Notes: a model not told the origin generated them from the sequence alone. Counted from the first letter of the stretch, positions 26,229 to 34,654 are shown. The stretch is 63,979 bases of DNA from an uncultured Gammaproteobacteria bacterium (GCA_964459725.1 CAYWNT010000010.1:5739-69717), one strand, 5' to 3'. A program made the numbers and translations.

Positions 26229-27461
26229 ATGAAAAAAATTATTATATTAATTGTATTTGCTTTAACAATAACTGGTGTAGGCATAAACACCTCTGATTTT
26301 GCTATTGGCCAAAGTTCGACCGAGATCATTAACCAAGAGATAAAAACTATAAACGATGATATTCAGAATAACAGGGATAGAATAAAAAAGATCCAGAATC
26401 AACAAGAAAAGTATTCCGATTCAATCAAGGAGGCTCAGAGTGAAAAATCAACATTGAATTCTCAGCTAGCTATACTTGATAATAGAATGGCTAAGTCGCA
26501 ATTGGATATTGAAATAATCGAAACTAGAGTAGTTAAGACTGGGCTAGAAATACAAAAAATAAACCTAGAGATAAAAAACAAGAATAAGGAAATTGCCCGA
26601 GAAAAAGAAAATGTAGCAAATGTTCTTAAGTTAATGCACAAAAAAGACAATGTTACTGCATTAGAAATACTTCTTCTGAATAACTCTTTGGCAGATTTTC
26701 TAAGTGAGGCTAAGTACCTTGAGGATATAAATGAGGGCATAAAGGAAAGCCTTGCTCAGTTGGAAAACCTAAAAAATCAACTAGAGAAAAAGCAGGATAA
26801 TTTGAGTGAGCAAAAGCAGGAGCTTAGTAATTATCGCGATGAGCTAGTTGAGAAAAAATCAAAACTAGAGGCTGAAAAGGATAATAAGCTCACATTACTT
26901 ACTCAAGTTAGCGAATCAGAAAGTGAATACCAAAGACTCTTGGCATTATCAAAGAAGGAGCAAGAAGAAGCAGCAGCTGAAATTGCTAGCATGGAAAAGC
27001 TGGTTAGAGCGAAGCTGGCCAAGCTAAATGGTGAAGAGTTGGAGTTCAATGACAACGGACTTGTTTGGCCAGTGCCAAAAAATGTTATAACTTCTTATTT
27101 CCATGATCCAGACTATCCATTTAAGCATATTTTTGAACATCCAGCAGTTGATATTAGAGCAGGGCAGGGGACTCCTTTGAGAGCCGCAGCCTCAGGTTAT
27201 GTTGCCAGAACCAAGTATGGTGCAGGCGGAGGATATGGCTATATCATGCTTATTCACGGAGACGGACTCTCTACTGTGTATGGTCATTCGTCAAAAATAT
27301 TTGTGAAAGAAGATGAGTATGTTGTTCAGGGTCAGGTTATTGGGCACAGTGGGGGACTTCCAGGTACTCCAGGGGCAGGAAGACTTACTACCGGCCCGCA
27401 TCTCCACTTCGAAGTACGTTTGAACGGTATCCCGGTTGATCCACTGAGTTACTTACCGTAA
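26229..27461 (+). CDS. Coiled-coil M23 peptidase (EnvC-like)
   Basis: 410 aa; signal/anchor, long coiled coil, C-terminal M23 motifs HPAVDI...GPHLHFEV. Confidence 0.9.
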   Translation: MKKIIILIVFALTITGVGINTSDFAIGQSSTEIINQEIKTINDDIQNNRDRIKKIQNQQEKYSDSIKEAQSEKSTLNSQLAILDNRMAKSQLDIEIIETRVVKTGLEIQKINLEIKNKNKEIAREKENVANVLKLMHKKDNVTALEILLLNNSLADFLSEAKYLEDINEGIKESLAQLENLKNQLEKKQDNLSEQKQELSNYRDELVEKKSKLEAEKDNKLTLLTQVSESESEYQRLLALSKKEQEEAAAEIASMEKLVRAKLAKLNGEELEFNDNGLVWPVPKNVITSYFHDPDYPFKHIFEHPAVDIRAGQGTPLRAAASGYVARTKYGAGGGYGYIMLIHGDGLSTVYGHSSKIFVKEDEYVVQGQVIGHSGGLPGTPGAGRLTTGPHLHFEVRLNGIPVDPLSYLP

Positions 27462-27486
27462 ATATAAAAATTACTCTTATAAAAAA

Positions 27487-27514
27487 ACAGCCCGGCTAAT
27501 TAGGGCTGTTTTTA
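27487..27514 (+). terminator. M23 gene terminator
   Basis: ACAGCCC...GGGCTGT + T-run. Confidence 0.75.
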
Positions 27515-27525
27515 GTTTTTGTTCC

Positions 27526-27683
27526 AAAAAAAAGAGCGCTTTTCTTTTTTTTGAAAAGCGCTTTGAAATTTAAGCGGATGTGGTGATGCCTCCAAACTGA
27601 ATAATTTGCCCCAAGCAAACTTAACAAGAAGAGTTCAAGGAGGCACCACCACGTTTCTAGGAGAAAAACGGAAAATCCATCCG
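27526..27683 (-). ncRNA. Candidate small transcript B (structural paralog of A)
   Basis: Promoter TTGCAG-N17-TATAAA 27690-27718. 14-bp stem GUGGUGGUGCCUCC/GGAGGCAUCACCAC. Terminator AAAGCGCUUUUC...GAAAAGCGCU + U8. Confidence 0.5.
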
Positions 27684-27689
27684 TTATTA

Positions 27690-27718
27690 TTTATAGCATA
27701 TGTGAAAAAAAACTGCAA
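27690..27718 (-). promoter_or_regulatory. Promoter of candidate transcript B
   Basis: TTGCAG-N17-TATAAA. Confidence 0.55.
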
Positions 27719-27727
27719 TACTTAAAT

Positions 27728-27867
27728 AAAAAAAAGCGCCCCTTTTGTTGCGGGACGCTAGAAGTATTAAATTTGTGGTGATGCCCCTTAATCCGGAACT
27801 GAAAGAGGGTTAGGTATCATGGGACATCACCACTAAAGAAAGGACAAGGAGTTAGAAGTCCTTTCAT
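27728..27867 (-). ncRNA. Candidate small transcript A
   Basis: Promoter 27874-27901. GAAAGGAC/GUCCUUUC hairpin with CUCCUU loop. 13-bp stem GUGGUGAUGUCCC/GGGGCAUCACCAC. Terminator + U8. Alternatively a leaderless 16-codon ORF from the ATG at 27867. Confidence 0.5.
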
Positions 27868-27873
27868 GATTTA

Positions 27874-27901
27874 TTTATAACATATCTAAGAAAAAATGCA
27901 A
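27874..27901 (-). promoter_or_regulatory. Promoter of candidate transcript A
   Basis: TTGCAT-N16-(TGT)TATAAA. Confidence 0.55.
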
Positions 27902-27917
27902 GTCCAAAGGGTAATTA

Positions 27918-28880
27918 TTATTCTTTCATGTTTTTCCCGCTGTGAAATTTCTTATGCACGTCTCTTAGTTGCTTGTTGGTTACGTGAGTGTATATTTGAG
28001 TTGTTGCGATATTGCTGTGACCCAGGAATTCTTGCACTAGGCGAAGATCGGCTCCTTGGCCAAGTAGATCAGTAGCGAAGGAGTGCCTGAGGGTGTGAGG
28101 AGTAGCTGCTATCGGTAGACCTGCGATTTTAACGTACTTTTTTACAATATTCTCAATACTACGAGTGGTTAACCTTCTAGATTCATTTGTCTTGCTTACT
28201 CCAGGCTTGTAGTTCACAAAAAGAGCCTCATCCATGTCGTTTCGTTTGTCCAGATATCTTCGTAAAGCATCAACTGCTCTCTTAGAGAAATAAACAGTTC
28301 TCACCTTGTTTCCTTTGCCAACCACGGGTAATTCTAGGTCTGTAGTCGTCTTTTTTATTTTAAATTGCTCTCGATTCAGGTTAATTAACTCTTCGACACG
28401 TAAGCCTGTAGAAAAAAGCGTTTCAAGTATGGCTCTATCTCTTCTTCCGATTTTAGTTTTTGTGTTAGGGGATAGTAGCAACTTTTCAAGCTCTTCCAGC
28501 TTTAGAAACTTAACTTCCTTGCCTGACTTGTCCTTGGCTAGCTTTATCGAACTTGGGGAGAGTGAGGAAATCTTTTTCTCGACAAAAAACTCAAGAAGAC
28601 TTCGGAGGGCTATTAGGTAATAGTTTTGTGTGGATTTTTTCAAAGATTTTTTTGTTCTCGGATCTACATGTCTAGATAGGAAGACTCTGTATTTCCAGAT
28701 ATGATCGTCTGAGAGCTTGGTAGGAGGGAGAGAGGTGAGACTGCTGTCATTTAGCCATGTAAAAAACTTTGTAAGAAATCTCGAATAGTTTTCTTGGGTT
28801 TTTTGAGATAGCCCCTTTTCGATCTCTAGATAGTCAAGAAAGTCTACGAGGTATTTAGTTATAGGTTTATTTTTCTTCAT
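27918..28880 (-). CDS. XerC/XerD-family tyrosine recombinase
   Basis: 320 aa; SAM-like N-domain; HTLRHSFAT...LGHSNIATTQIYTHV catalytic signature. Confidence 0.9.
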   Translation of the reverse strand: MKKNKPITKYLVDFLDYLEIEKGLSQKTQENYSRFLTKFFTWLNDSSLTSLPPTKLSDDHIWKYRVFLSRHVDPRTKKSLKKSTQNYYLIALRSLLEFFVEKKISSLSPSSIKLAKDKSGKEVKFLKLEELEKLLLSPNTKTKIGRRDRAILETLFSTGLRVEELINLNREQFKIKKTTTDLELPVVGKGNKVRTVYFSKRAVDALRRYLDKRNDMDEALFVNYKPGVSKTNESRRLTTRSIENIVKKYVKIAGLPIAATPHTLRHSFATDLLGQGADLRLVQEFLGHSNIATTQIYTHVTNKQLRDVHKKFHSGKNMKE

Positions 28881-28907
28881 GATTTAATTTTATCATAAAT
28901 TGAGAAT

Positions 28908-28993
28908 AAAAAAAGGCAGCGTCTTCCTAGCCTGTGAAGGAAGATGAAGACGCTGCCGGGGGAGGAGTGGGCATGGAGGTCCCACTCTGACTT
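28908..28993 (-). ncRNA. Candidate small transcript D, or terminated leader, upstream of the recombinase gene
   Basis: Promoter TTGAAC-N17-TAATAT 29000-29028. Hairpin GAGUGGG/CCCACUC with CCUCC loop. 12-bp GC-rich stem GGCAGCGUCUUC/GAAGACGCUGCC + U7. Confidence 0.5.
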
Positions 28994-28999
28994 AAAATC

Positions 29000-29028
29000 A
29001 TATTAGCATAAAGGTATTAATTGTTCAA
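29000..29028 (-). promoter_or_regulatory. Promoter of candidate transcript D / recombinase leader
   Basis: TTGAAC-N17-TAATAT. Confidence 0.55.
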
Positions 29029-29719
29029 GGTTGTATTTGTTATAGGCTTTGAGTCATATAGTGGTCTAGTATTGAGTTTCTGTTAAAGTATTCGCCTAAT
29101 TATAAAAGGAATAATACATAATACTTCGCATAATGTAGATTAAGCGAAGTATTGTATTGTTTTTTATAAATTTATTTATATATCTGAATGATTTAGATTT
29201 TTGCCCCTTGTTGTGTTGTGACACACTTAAAAGGTTCTTATGCCATATATTTTAATAAATTTTTGTCACAATAAATAAAATCTATTTTTATCAAAAAAAT
29301 TAATTTTCTTACAGGTACTATGGGTCATCTTTTTGCTTAAATTTTATTCTGTCATTCCTGTTTGGGATGAAAACTTTTAAAAAGAAGAAAAAATCACGAC
29401 TCATAGTGCCTAAACTATTAAAAATTTATAAAATTGATTTTGAGCTTGTTTGTTGGCGTTTAAGTCAAATTTCAAAATTTAAAAAATAGATTTTCAAATT
29501 ATTTATTTTTAGCCTTGATGAGTATGTAAATACTGTATAAAACACCTAAAAATTGCTAAGATTTTGAGTTTTAAGACGTTTTTGACCTGAATACGGCATG
29601 AAATATAGGGCCAGGAGAAAAAATCACCATACTCCCCTATTTTGGCTAGAAAAAATTGAATAATCCCTAATATTAGGTAAAAAAACAGAAATAAAACCTA
29701 ATTTTATGCTAATTTTAGA

Positions 29720-29750
29720 CAAAAAAATAAGCCGTTATAAAACAGCTTAT
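29720..29750 (-). terminator. murA terminator
   Basis: ATAAGC...GCTTAT + T7 on the minus strand; shares the TTTTAGAYAAAAAAATA context with the 42-nt repeat terminators. Confidence 0.65.
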
Positions 29751-29771
29751 TTTAATATTGAACTTGAATTG

Positions 29772-31076
29772 TTATTTATTTATCCTTTTAATGTCTGCTC
29801 CGATAGCTTTTAACCTTCTAACTATATTCTGATATCCCCTGTCTATAGCATAGGCATTACGAAGTTTTGATTCTCCTTTCGCAGCCAGCATGCAGATTAG
29901 CAGGTTAAGTGATGGTCTAAGAGCTGGTGGGCAGATGATTTCTGCGGGTTTTAATTCAGTAATTCCTGTAACAGTTACCCGGTGCGGATCATGAAGCATG
30001 ACGTCTGCTCCGAGGTTGTTAAGCTCGGTGTAGTAAATAGCTCTGTTTTCATAAACCCAGTCATGAACTAAGGTACGACCTTTCACTTGAGTTAGGATCG
30101 GGACAAACAATGGCAAGTTGTCCATGTTTAATCCCGGAAAAGGGCGTCCGTAGATTTTATCAGGAAGAGCCTTGAGGTTTGAAGGTATTATTTCTATGTC
30201 GATTAGGTCGAAATGTCCATTTTTTGACTTGTAGGTCTTACTGATGCTAAATTTCTGACCCATTACCCTGAGCTTTTCCATTTCAAGGCGGAGGAAGTCT
30301 ATAGGACAATTGGTGACCGTTAGTTTAGATTTTGTAGTGATAGCAATAGATATAAATGACATCGCTTCAATCGGATCAGGCATTATTGGATAATTTTTTA
30401 CACTATTTAGTTTTTTGACCCCGGTGATGGTTAGAGTGTTTGTGCCTATTCCTTCGATTTGAGCTCCTGCCTTGGTGAGGAAGAGACAGAGGTCCTGAGT
30501 CATGTAGTTTGATGAGGCTAGGTATATCTTGGTCACTCCAGTTCCCAGAACAGAGGCCATGATGGTGCTCTCAGTAGCAGTGTCCCCTGTTTCGTACATT
30601 GTGAACTCAGAGTTTTTCGTTTTTCCTCTCGTTATCTTATAATTATTCGCAGTTTCATTTATTTTTACACCCAGGTGTTCAAAGGCTAGCTTGTACGGGT
30701 TCACAGTTCTTTTCCCGAGTTTGCAGCCACTTGATTTTGGCAAGGAAAAACTTTTCATTACGGCTGACAGTGATCCAACAAGGAGAAGGCCTGACCGGAT
30801 TCTGATAAAGGCTTCCTTATCCAGCTTGCTTAGTTTTAACTTTCCATTATTGATAATTACTAGTGTGTGTTTACCCCTCCAGGTAACTTTGACACCGATT
30901 GAGGTTAGAATTTCAATTATTCTTTTTACATCTTCTATGACTGGGACATCAGTAAGTACTGTCTCGCCCTTAATCATGGCTGAAGCACATAGAATAGCTA
31001 CTGCAGAGTTTTTGGCTGAGTTTGTTTTGATTTTGCCGGATAATTTTTTACCGCCTTTAACTACGAATTGAGACAT
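29772..31076 (-). CDS. murA: UDP-N-acetylglucosamine 1-carboxyvinyltransferase
   Basis: 434 aa, EPSP-synthase fold family, typical MurA N-terminus FVVKGGKKLSG. Confidence 0.93.
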   Translation of the reverse strand: MSQFVVKGGKKLSGKIKTNSAKNSAVAILCASAMIKGETVLTDVPVIEDVKRIIEILTSIGVKVTWRGKHTLVIINNGKLKLSKLDKEAFIRIRSGLLLVGSLSAVMKSFSLPKSSGCKLGKRTVNPYKLAFEHLGVKINETANNYKITRGKTKNSEFTMYETGDTATESTIMASVLGTGVTKIYLASSNYMTQDLCLFLTKAGAQIEGIGTNTLTITGVKKLNSVKNYPIMPDPIEAMSFISIAITTKSKLTVTNCPIDFLRLEMEKLRVMGQKFSISKTYKSKNGHFDLIDIEIIPSNLKALPDKIYGRPFPGLNMDNLPLFVPILTQVKGRTLVHDWVYENRAIYYTELNNLGADVMLHDPHRVTVTGITELKPAEIICPPALRPSLNLLICMLAAKGESKLRNAYAIDRGYQNIVRRLKAIGADIKRINK

Positions 31077-31113
31077 AAGATATTATATTTAACATTTAAT
31101 AAGTAGATAGACT

Positions 31114-33561
31114 TTATACAACAATATTTACAATTTTTGATTTTACAATTATGACTTTTCTAATTTCTTTCCCTTTTGTATATTTCTTTATCTTTTCTCT
31201 TTCTAGAGCTATTTTTTCAAGTTCGTCATCGGCTATTTCAGATGAAACCTCCACCTTGTCACGAACTTTACCGTTTACTTGCACAACCATTTCAACTACA
31301 TCTTCCACTATTAATTCAGGATCATACTCAGGCCAAGATTCCTTGAAGATGCTTTCTTTGTTGCCAATCTTTTCCCAAAGTTCTTCTGATAAGTGTGGAG
31401 CAAAAGGTGCTAGCAGCCTAAGCAGAGCTTCAATTCCTTCTTTCGGAAGTGTGTCGAACTTTGTGAGAAAGTTTATTAGGATCATCATTTGAGAAATTCC
31501 AGTATTAAAGTGGAACTTCTCAATATCCTCCCCTACTTTTTTAATGGTCTTGTGGAGCTGATAGAGCATTCCTTCCGGCAGATCATTATTTTTTGCACTG
31601 CCGTCACACTTTACGTCAGTTAAGTTCTTTTCTGATAAGTTGATAATTTTTTCTAGAAATTTCTTAGCGCCATTAAGACCACTAGTGCTCCAAGCACAAC
31701 TCTGAGCAAAGGGGCCCATAAACATTTCATAGACACGCATAGAATCAGCACCGTGTGATGCTACAACCTCATCTGGATTGATCACATTCCCCCACCGTTT
31801 GCTCATTTTCCTACCATCTTCAGCCATAACTAATCCCACATGCTGCAAGCGAGTAAAAGGCTCATCATAACTTACTACTCCGATGTCGTATAAGAATTTA
31901 TGCCAAAAACGAGCATAGATCAGATGTCTGGTGGCATGTTCCGCCCCACCAACATAAAAATCGATCGGAGACCAGTACTTCTCCTTGTCTTTATCAACTA
32001 GTGCGTTATCGTTGTGCGGGTCAATGTATCTAAGATAATACCAGCAAGAACCAGCCCATTGCGGCATGGTGTTGGTCTCACGCTTAGCTGGACCTCCGCA
32101 TTTCGGACATTTAGTATTTACCCATTCATCAATTGTGGCTAGTGGTGACTCTCCTGTTCCAGTAGGTTCATAACTCTCAACATCAGGTAATTCCACTGGT
32201 AATTCCTCCTCTGGTACTCCTACCACACCACAGCTATCACAGTGAACAACAGGAATAGGTTCACCCCAGTAACGCTGACGACTAAATACCCAGTCTCGAA
32301 GTTTGTAGTTGACAGCCTTACTTCCCTTGCCGTTGCTTTCCAGCCACTCTGTTATTTTCACTCTAGCTTCAGTTGACGACAAGCCATCAAAATCTCCTGA
32401 ATTAACAAGCACACCATCATCGGGATAACAAACTTCAAGATTTTTAACTTTTTCCCACTCTTTATCGTCCTCAGGGCGAATTGAGACAGCAAGAGGGATA
32501 TCAAATTTCTTAGCCATTTCGAAGTCTCTCTCGTCGTGAGCATCAGCAAAGACTGCTCCAGTTCCGTAATTCGCTAAAACAAAATCAGAAATCCATATTT
32601 GTATTTCTTCGCCATTGGCAGGGTTGATTGCGTAAGCACCTGTAAAGACACCTGTTTTTTCTTTTAAAAGTTCTGTTCTTTCTAGATCTGATTTTTTAAT
32701 TGTTTCTTGTAAATATTCTTCAACAGCATCTTTTTGCTCTTTTGTGGTGATTTCTTTGATAAAAGGATGTTCAGGTGCAAATATTAAAAATGTTCCTGAA
32801 AAAAGTGTATCCACTCTTGTGGTGAAAACCTCAATCTTGTGTTCCGAATCTTTGATATCAAATGAAACGTTTGTGCCAACTGATTTACCTATCCAATTTC
32901 TTTGCATTTCTTTGATCGCATCAGGCCAGTCATTCAGCTTGTCCAAATCCTCAAGCATCCTATCAGCATAATCAGTAATCCTAAGCACCCATTGTCTGAG
33001 TGGCTTTTGCTCGATCTCGCTATCACATCTCTCACATCTTCCATTCTCCAGATCTTCATTAGCAAGCACTGTCTTGCATGACGGACACCAGTTCACAGGT
33101 TCATTTGATTCATAAGCTAATCCCTTATTGAACATTTGTAAGAATGTCCACTGTGTCCATTTATAATATTTCGGATCAGTTGTATTCACTTCTCTATCCC
33201 AGTCATATGTAAATCCAAGCTGCTCGAGCTGCTTCTTAAACGTCGCTACATTTTTATCTGTCCCCTCTTTTGGATGAACCTTGTTCTTGATAGCATAATT
33301 TTCTGCAGGCAAACCAAAAGCATCCCACCCCATCGGGTGAAGCACGTTATACCCCTGCATCATCTTCATGCGCGCAGTTATGTCAGTTGCAATATACCCC
33401 TTTGGGTGTCCAACATGAAGCCCAGCTCCACTTGGATAAGGAAACATATCTAAAACATAGTACTTAGGTCTATCCTTGTCCTCTTTGGTTTTATAAATCC
33501 CCTCCTCTTTCCACTTCTCCTGCCATTTTTTCTCGATTTTTTGAAAATTATAACTTTCCAT
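31114..33561 (-). CDS. leuS: Leucyl-tRNA synthetase
   Basis: 815 aa; HVGHP (HIGH), KMSKRWGN (KMSKS), CP1 editing domain. Confidence 0.97.
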   Translation of the reverse strand: MESYNFQKIEKKWQEKWKEEGIYKTKEDKDRPKYYVLDMFPYPSGAGLHVGHPKGYIATDITARMKMMQGYNVLHPMGWDAFGLPAENYAIKNKVHPKEGTDKNVATFKKQLEQLGFTYDWDREVNTTDPKYYKWTQWTFLQMFNKGLAYESNEPVNWCPSCKTVLANEDLENGRCERCDSEIEQKPLRQWVLRITDYADRMLEDLDKLNDWPDAIKEMQRNWIGKSVGTNVSFDIKDSEHKIEVFTTRVDTLFSGTFLIFAPEHPFIKEITTKEQKDAVEEYLQETIKKSDLERTELLKEKTGVFTGAYAINPANGEEIQIWISDFVLANYGTGAVFADAHDERDFEMAKKFDIPLAVSIRPEDDKEWEKVKNLEVCYPDDGVLVNSGDFDGLSSTEARVKITEWLESNGKGSKAVNYKLRDWVFSRQRYWGEPIPVVHCDSCGVVGVPEEELPVELPDVESYEPTGTGESPLATIDEWVNTKCPKCGGPAKRETNTMPQWAGSCWYYLRYIDPHNDNALVDKDKEKYWSPIDFYVGGAEHATRHLIYARFWHKFLYDIGVVSYDEPFTRLQHVGLVMAEDGRKMSKRWGNVINPDEVVASHGADSMRVYEMFMGPFAQSCAWSTSGLNGAKKFLEKIINLSEKNLTDVKCDGSAKNNDLPEGMLYQLHKTIKKVGEDIEKFHFNTGISQMMILINFLTKFDTLPKEGIEALLRLLAPFAPHLSEELWEKIGNKESIFKESWPEYDPELIVEDVVEMVVQVNGKVRDKVEVSSEIADDELEKIALEREKIKKYTKGKEIRKVIIVKSKIVNIVV

Positions 33562-33706
33562 TTTTATGTAATATTTCTAAATTAAAAAATTAGTTCAATA
33601 GAACTACAATAGTAATATTGTATACTATTTCTCAAAAAAAATAAAGGAAAAATAAAAATTCTTCCTCTTTAGTAGTTAAATATCAATAAAATCAATTTTC
33701 TATAAA

Positions 33707-33740
33707 TGTGTACCTTTTAATGTACATTAAAAGGTACACA
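33707..33740. repeat. Perfect 34-nt palindrome
   Basis: TGTGTACCTTTTAATGT|ACATTAAAAGGTACACA. Confidence 0.9.
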
Positions 33741-33788
33741 TAAAAGACAAAAAACATATAATCTACCCTCAAAACTAATTATTTCCAA

Positions 33789-33826
33789 CTGTTGTAGATT
33801 TTGACGACCGTCAATATCTACAACAG
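33789..33826. repeat. Hairpin repeat copy 1
   Basis: CTGTTGTAGAT-TTTGACGACCGTCAAT-ATCTACAACAG followed by a T-run. Confidence 0.85.
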
Positions 33827-33859
33827 TCTTTTTTTGTTGTTTTATAGTGTGAAATCTAA

Positions 33860-34399
33860 TTAATTTAGTTTAAATTTACCTTTAAACAATAAATCATTGC
33901 TAATTTTCTCAACTATAAGTAGTACAACATACTTTTCAATGTTTAAACTTTTCACAAATCTCTGAATTTCATCAAAATCTGCCGTAGGATTTATCCAGAT
34001 ACTGTTTTGTAATAATTTATAACCAGAATCAACTAAGAAGACTCTAAGATGATTTCTTAATCTTCTTTTTTTCTCAGGAATATCAAAAATTACCACTCTC
34101 CATTTATTATCCCAATTATCTCTGTCGTCTTGATCTTTATGTTTGGCTTTCAACTTGAGTGCTCTGAGTATGCCCTTTTTAGTAAATCCTTCTTTTGACA
34201 CATAGCCAAATCTTTCGAGGTGATATATTTGCTGGTATATTCTTCTTCTCTCTTCGGCGTCTTTTATATCCTTCTCAATTGATTTATAATATTCCCAATA
34301 CCAAAACTTTTTTGAAGTGAGAGAAGCACTTGAAAGTCTCTCTAATCCATCAAGAAGGTCTAGCCAAATACTATCTACAGTTTTCATTTTTCTACTCAT
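33860..34399 (-). CDS. PaaX-like regulator (winged-helix N-domain + Cas2-fold domain)
   Basis: 179 aa; WRVVIFDIPEKKRRLRNHLRVFLVDSGYKLLQNSIWINP matches the PaaX/Cas2 beta-alpha-beta pattern. Confidence 0.6.
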   Translation of the reverse strand: MSRKMKTVDSIWLDLLDGLERLSSASLTSKKFWYWEYYKSIEKDIKDAEERRRIYQQIYHLERFGYVSKEGFTKKGILRALKLKAKHKDQDDRDNWDNKWRVVIFDIPEKKRRLRNHLRVFLVDSGYKLLQNSIWINPTADFDEIQRFVKSLNIEKYVVLLIVEKISNDLLFKGKFKLN

Positions 34400-34446
34400 A
34401 CATCACTAAATTAATCCATTTCCCATCCAAAACCACAAGTTTTTAA

Positions 34447-34486
34447 ATTGTTGAAGATTTGTGCGGTCGCACCATTCTACAACAAT
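34447..34486. repeat. Hairpin repeat copy 2
   Basis: ATTGTTGAAGAT-TTGTGCGGTCGCACC-ATTCTACAACAAT followed by a T-run. Confidence 0.85.
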
Positions 34487-34625
34487 TTGTTTTTTGTTGT
34501 TTGAATAATTTTTTATCTTTTTATCTCTTAATAAACTTTCAAAATTGTTTAATTTGGTCTCAGAAGAGTCTTTCTGATATTTTAGCACTACCTACATGAA
34601 GAAAAGTTAAAATTGAGCATCATAA

Positions 34626-34654
34626 AAATATACCGTTTTATTTCCACTATCGCA
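34626..34654 (-). promoter_or_regulatory. Promoter of the PaaX-like gene
   Basis: TTGCGA-N17-TATATT; the -35 box abuts hairpin repeat copy 3; hairpin copy 2 lies in the roughly 215-nt leader. Confidence 0.55.

Noticed and set aside
27526-27867. The GUGGUGAUGCC...CAUCACCAC imperfect palindromes next to a tyrosine recombinase as integron attC sites or cassettes
   Set aside because: There are no GTTRRRY/RYYYAAC core sites and no cassette ORFs. The elements lie 3' of the recombinase gene rather than divergent from it. Each has its own promoter and U8 terminator, which fits small transcription units better.
27918-28880. The recombinase as a prophage or ICE integrase marking a mobile element
   Set aside because: No phage, conjugation or cargo genes flank it, and it sits between murA and an M23 peptidase gene. 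I found no direct repeats or att-like duplications around it, and its size and motifs fit XerC/XerD. The long ORF-free spacer next to it is reported separately.
33786-33828. Resemblance of ACTGTTGTAGAT / ATCTACAACAGT to the 3' handle of Cas12a direct repeats
   Set aside because: Only about 12 nt match. The short UCUAC-UGUU-GUAGA stem of Cas12a crRNA cannot form here (the sequence has UCCAAC instead). No Cas12a-sized ORF is present. Treated as coincidence.
34406-34588. 60-aa ORF upstream of the PaaX-like gene
   Set aside because: It has a GTG start with no usable SD. Its reading frame simply runs through hairpin repeat copy 2, and it lies inside the predicted 5' leader. It is most likely not coding.
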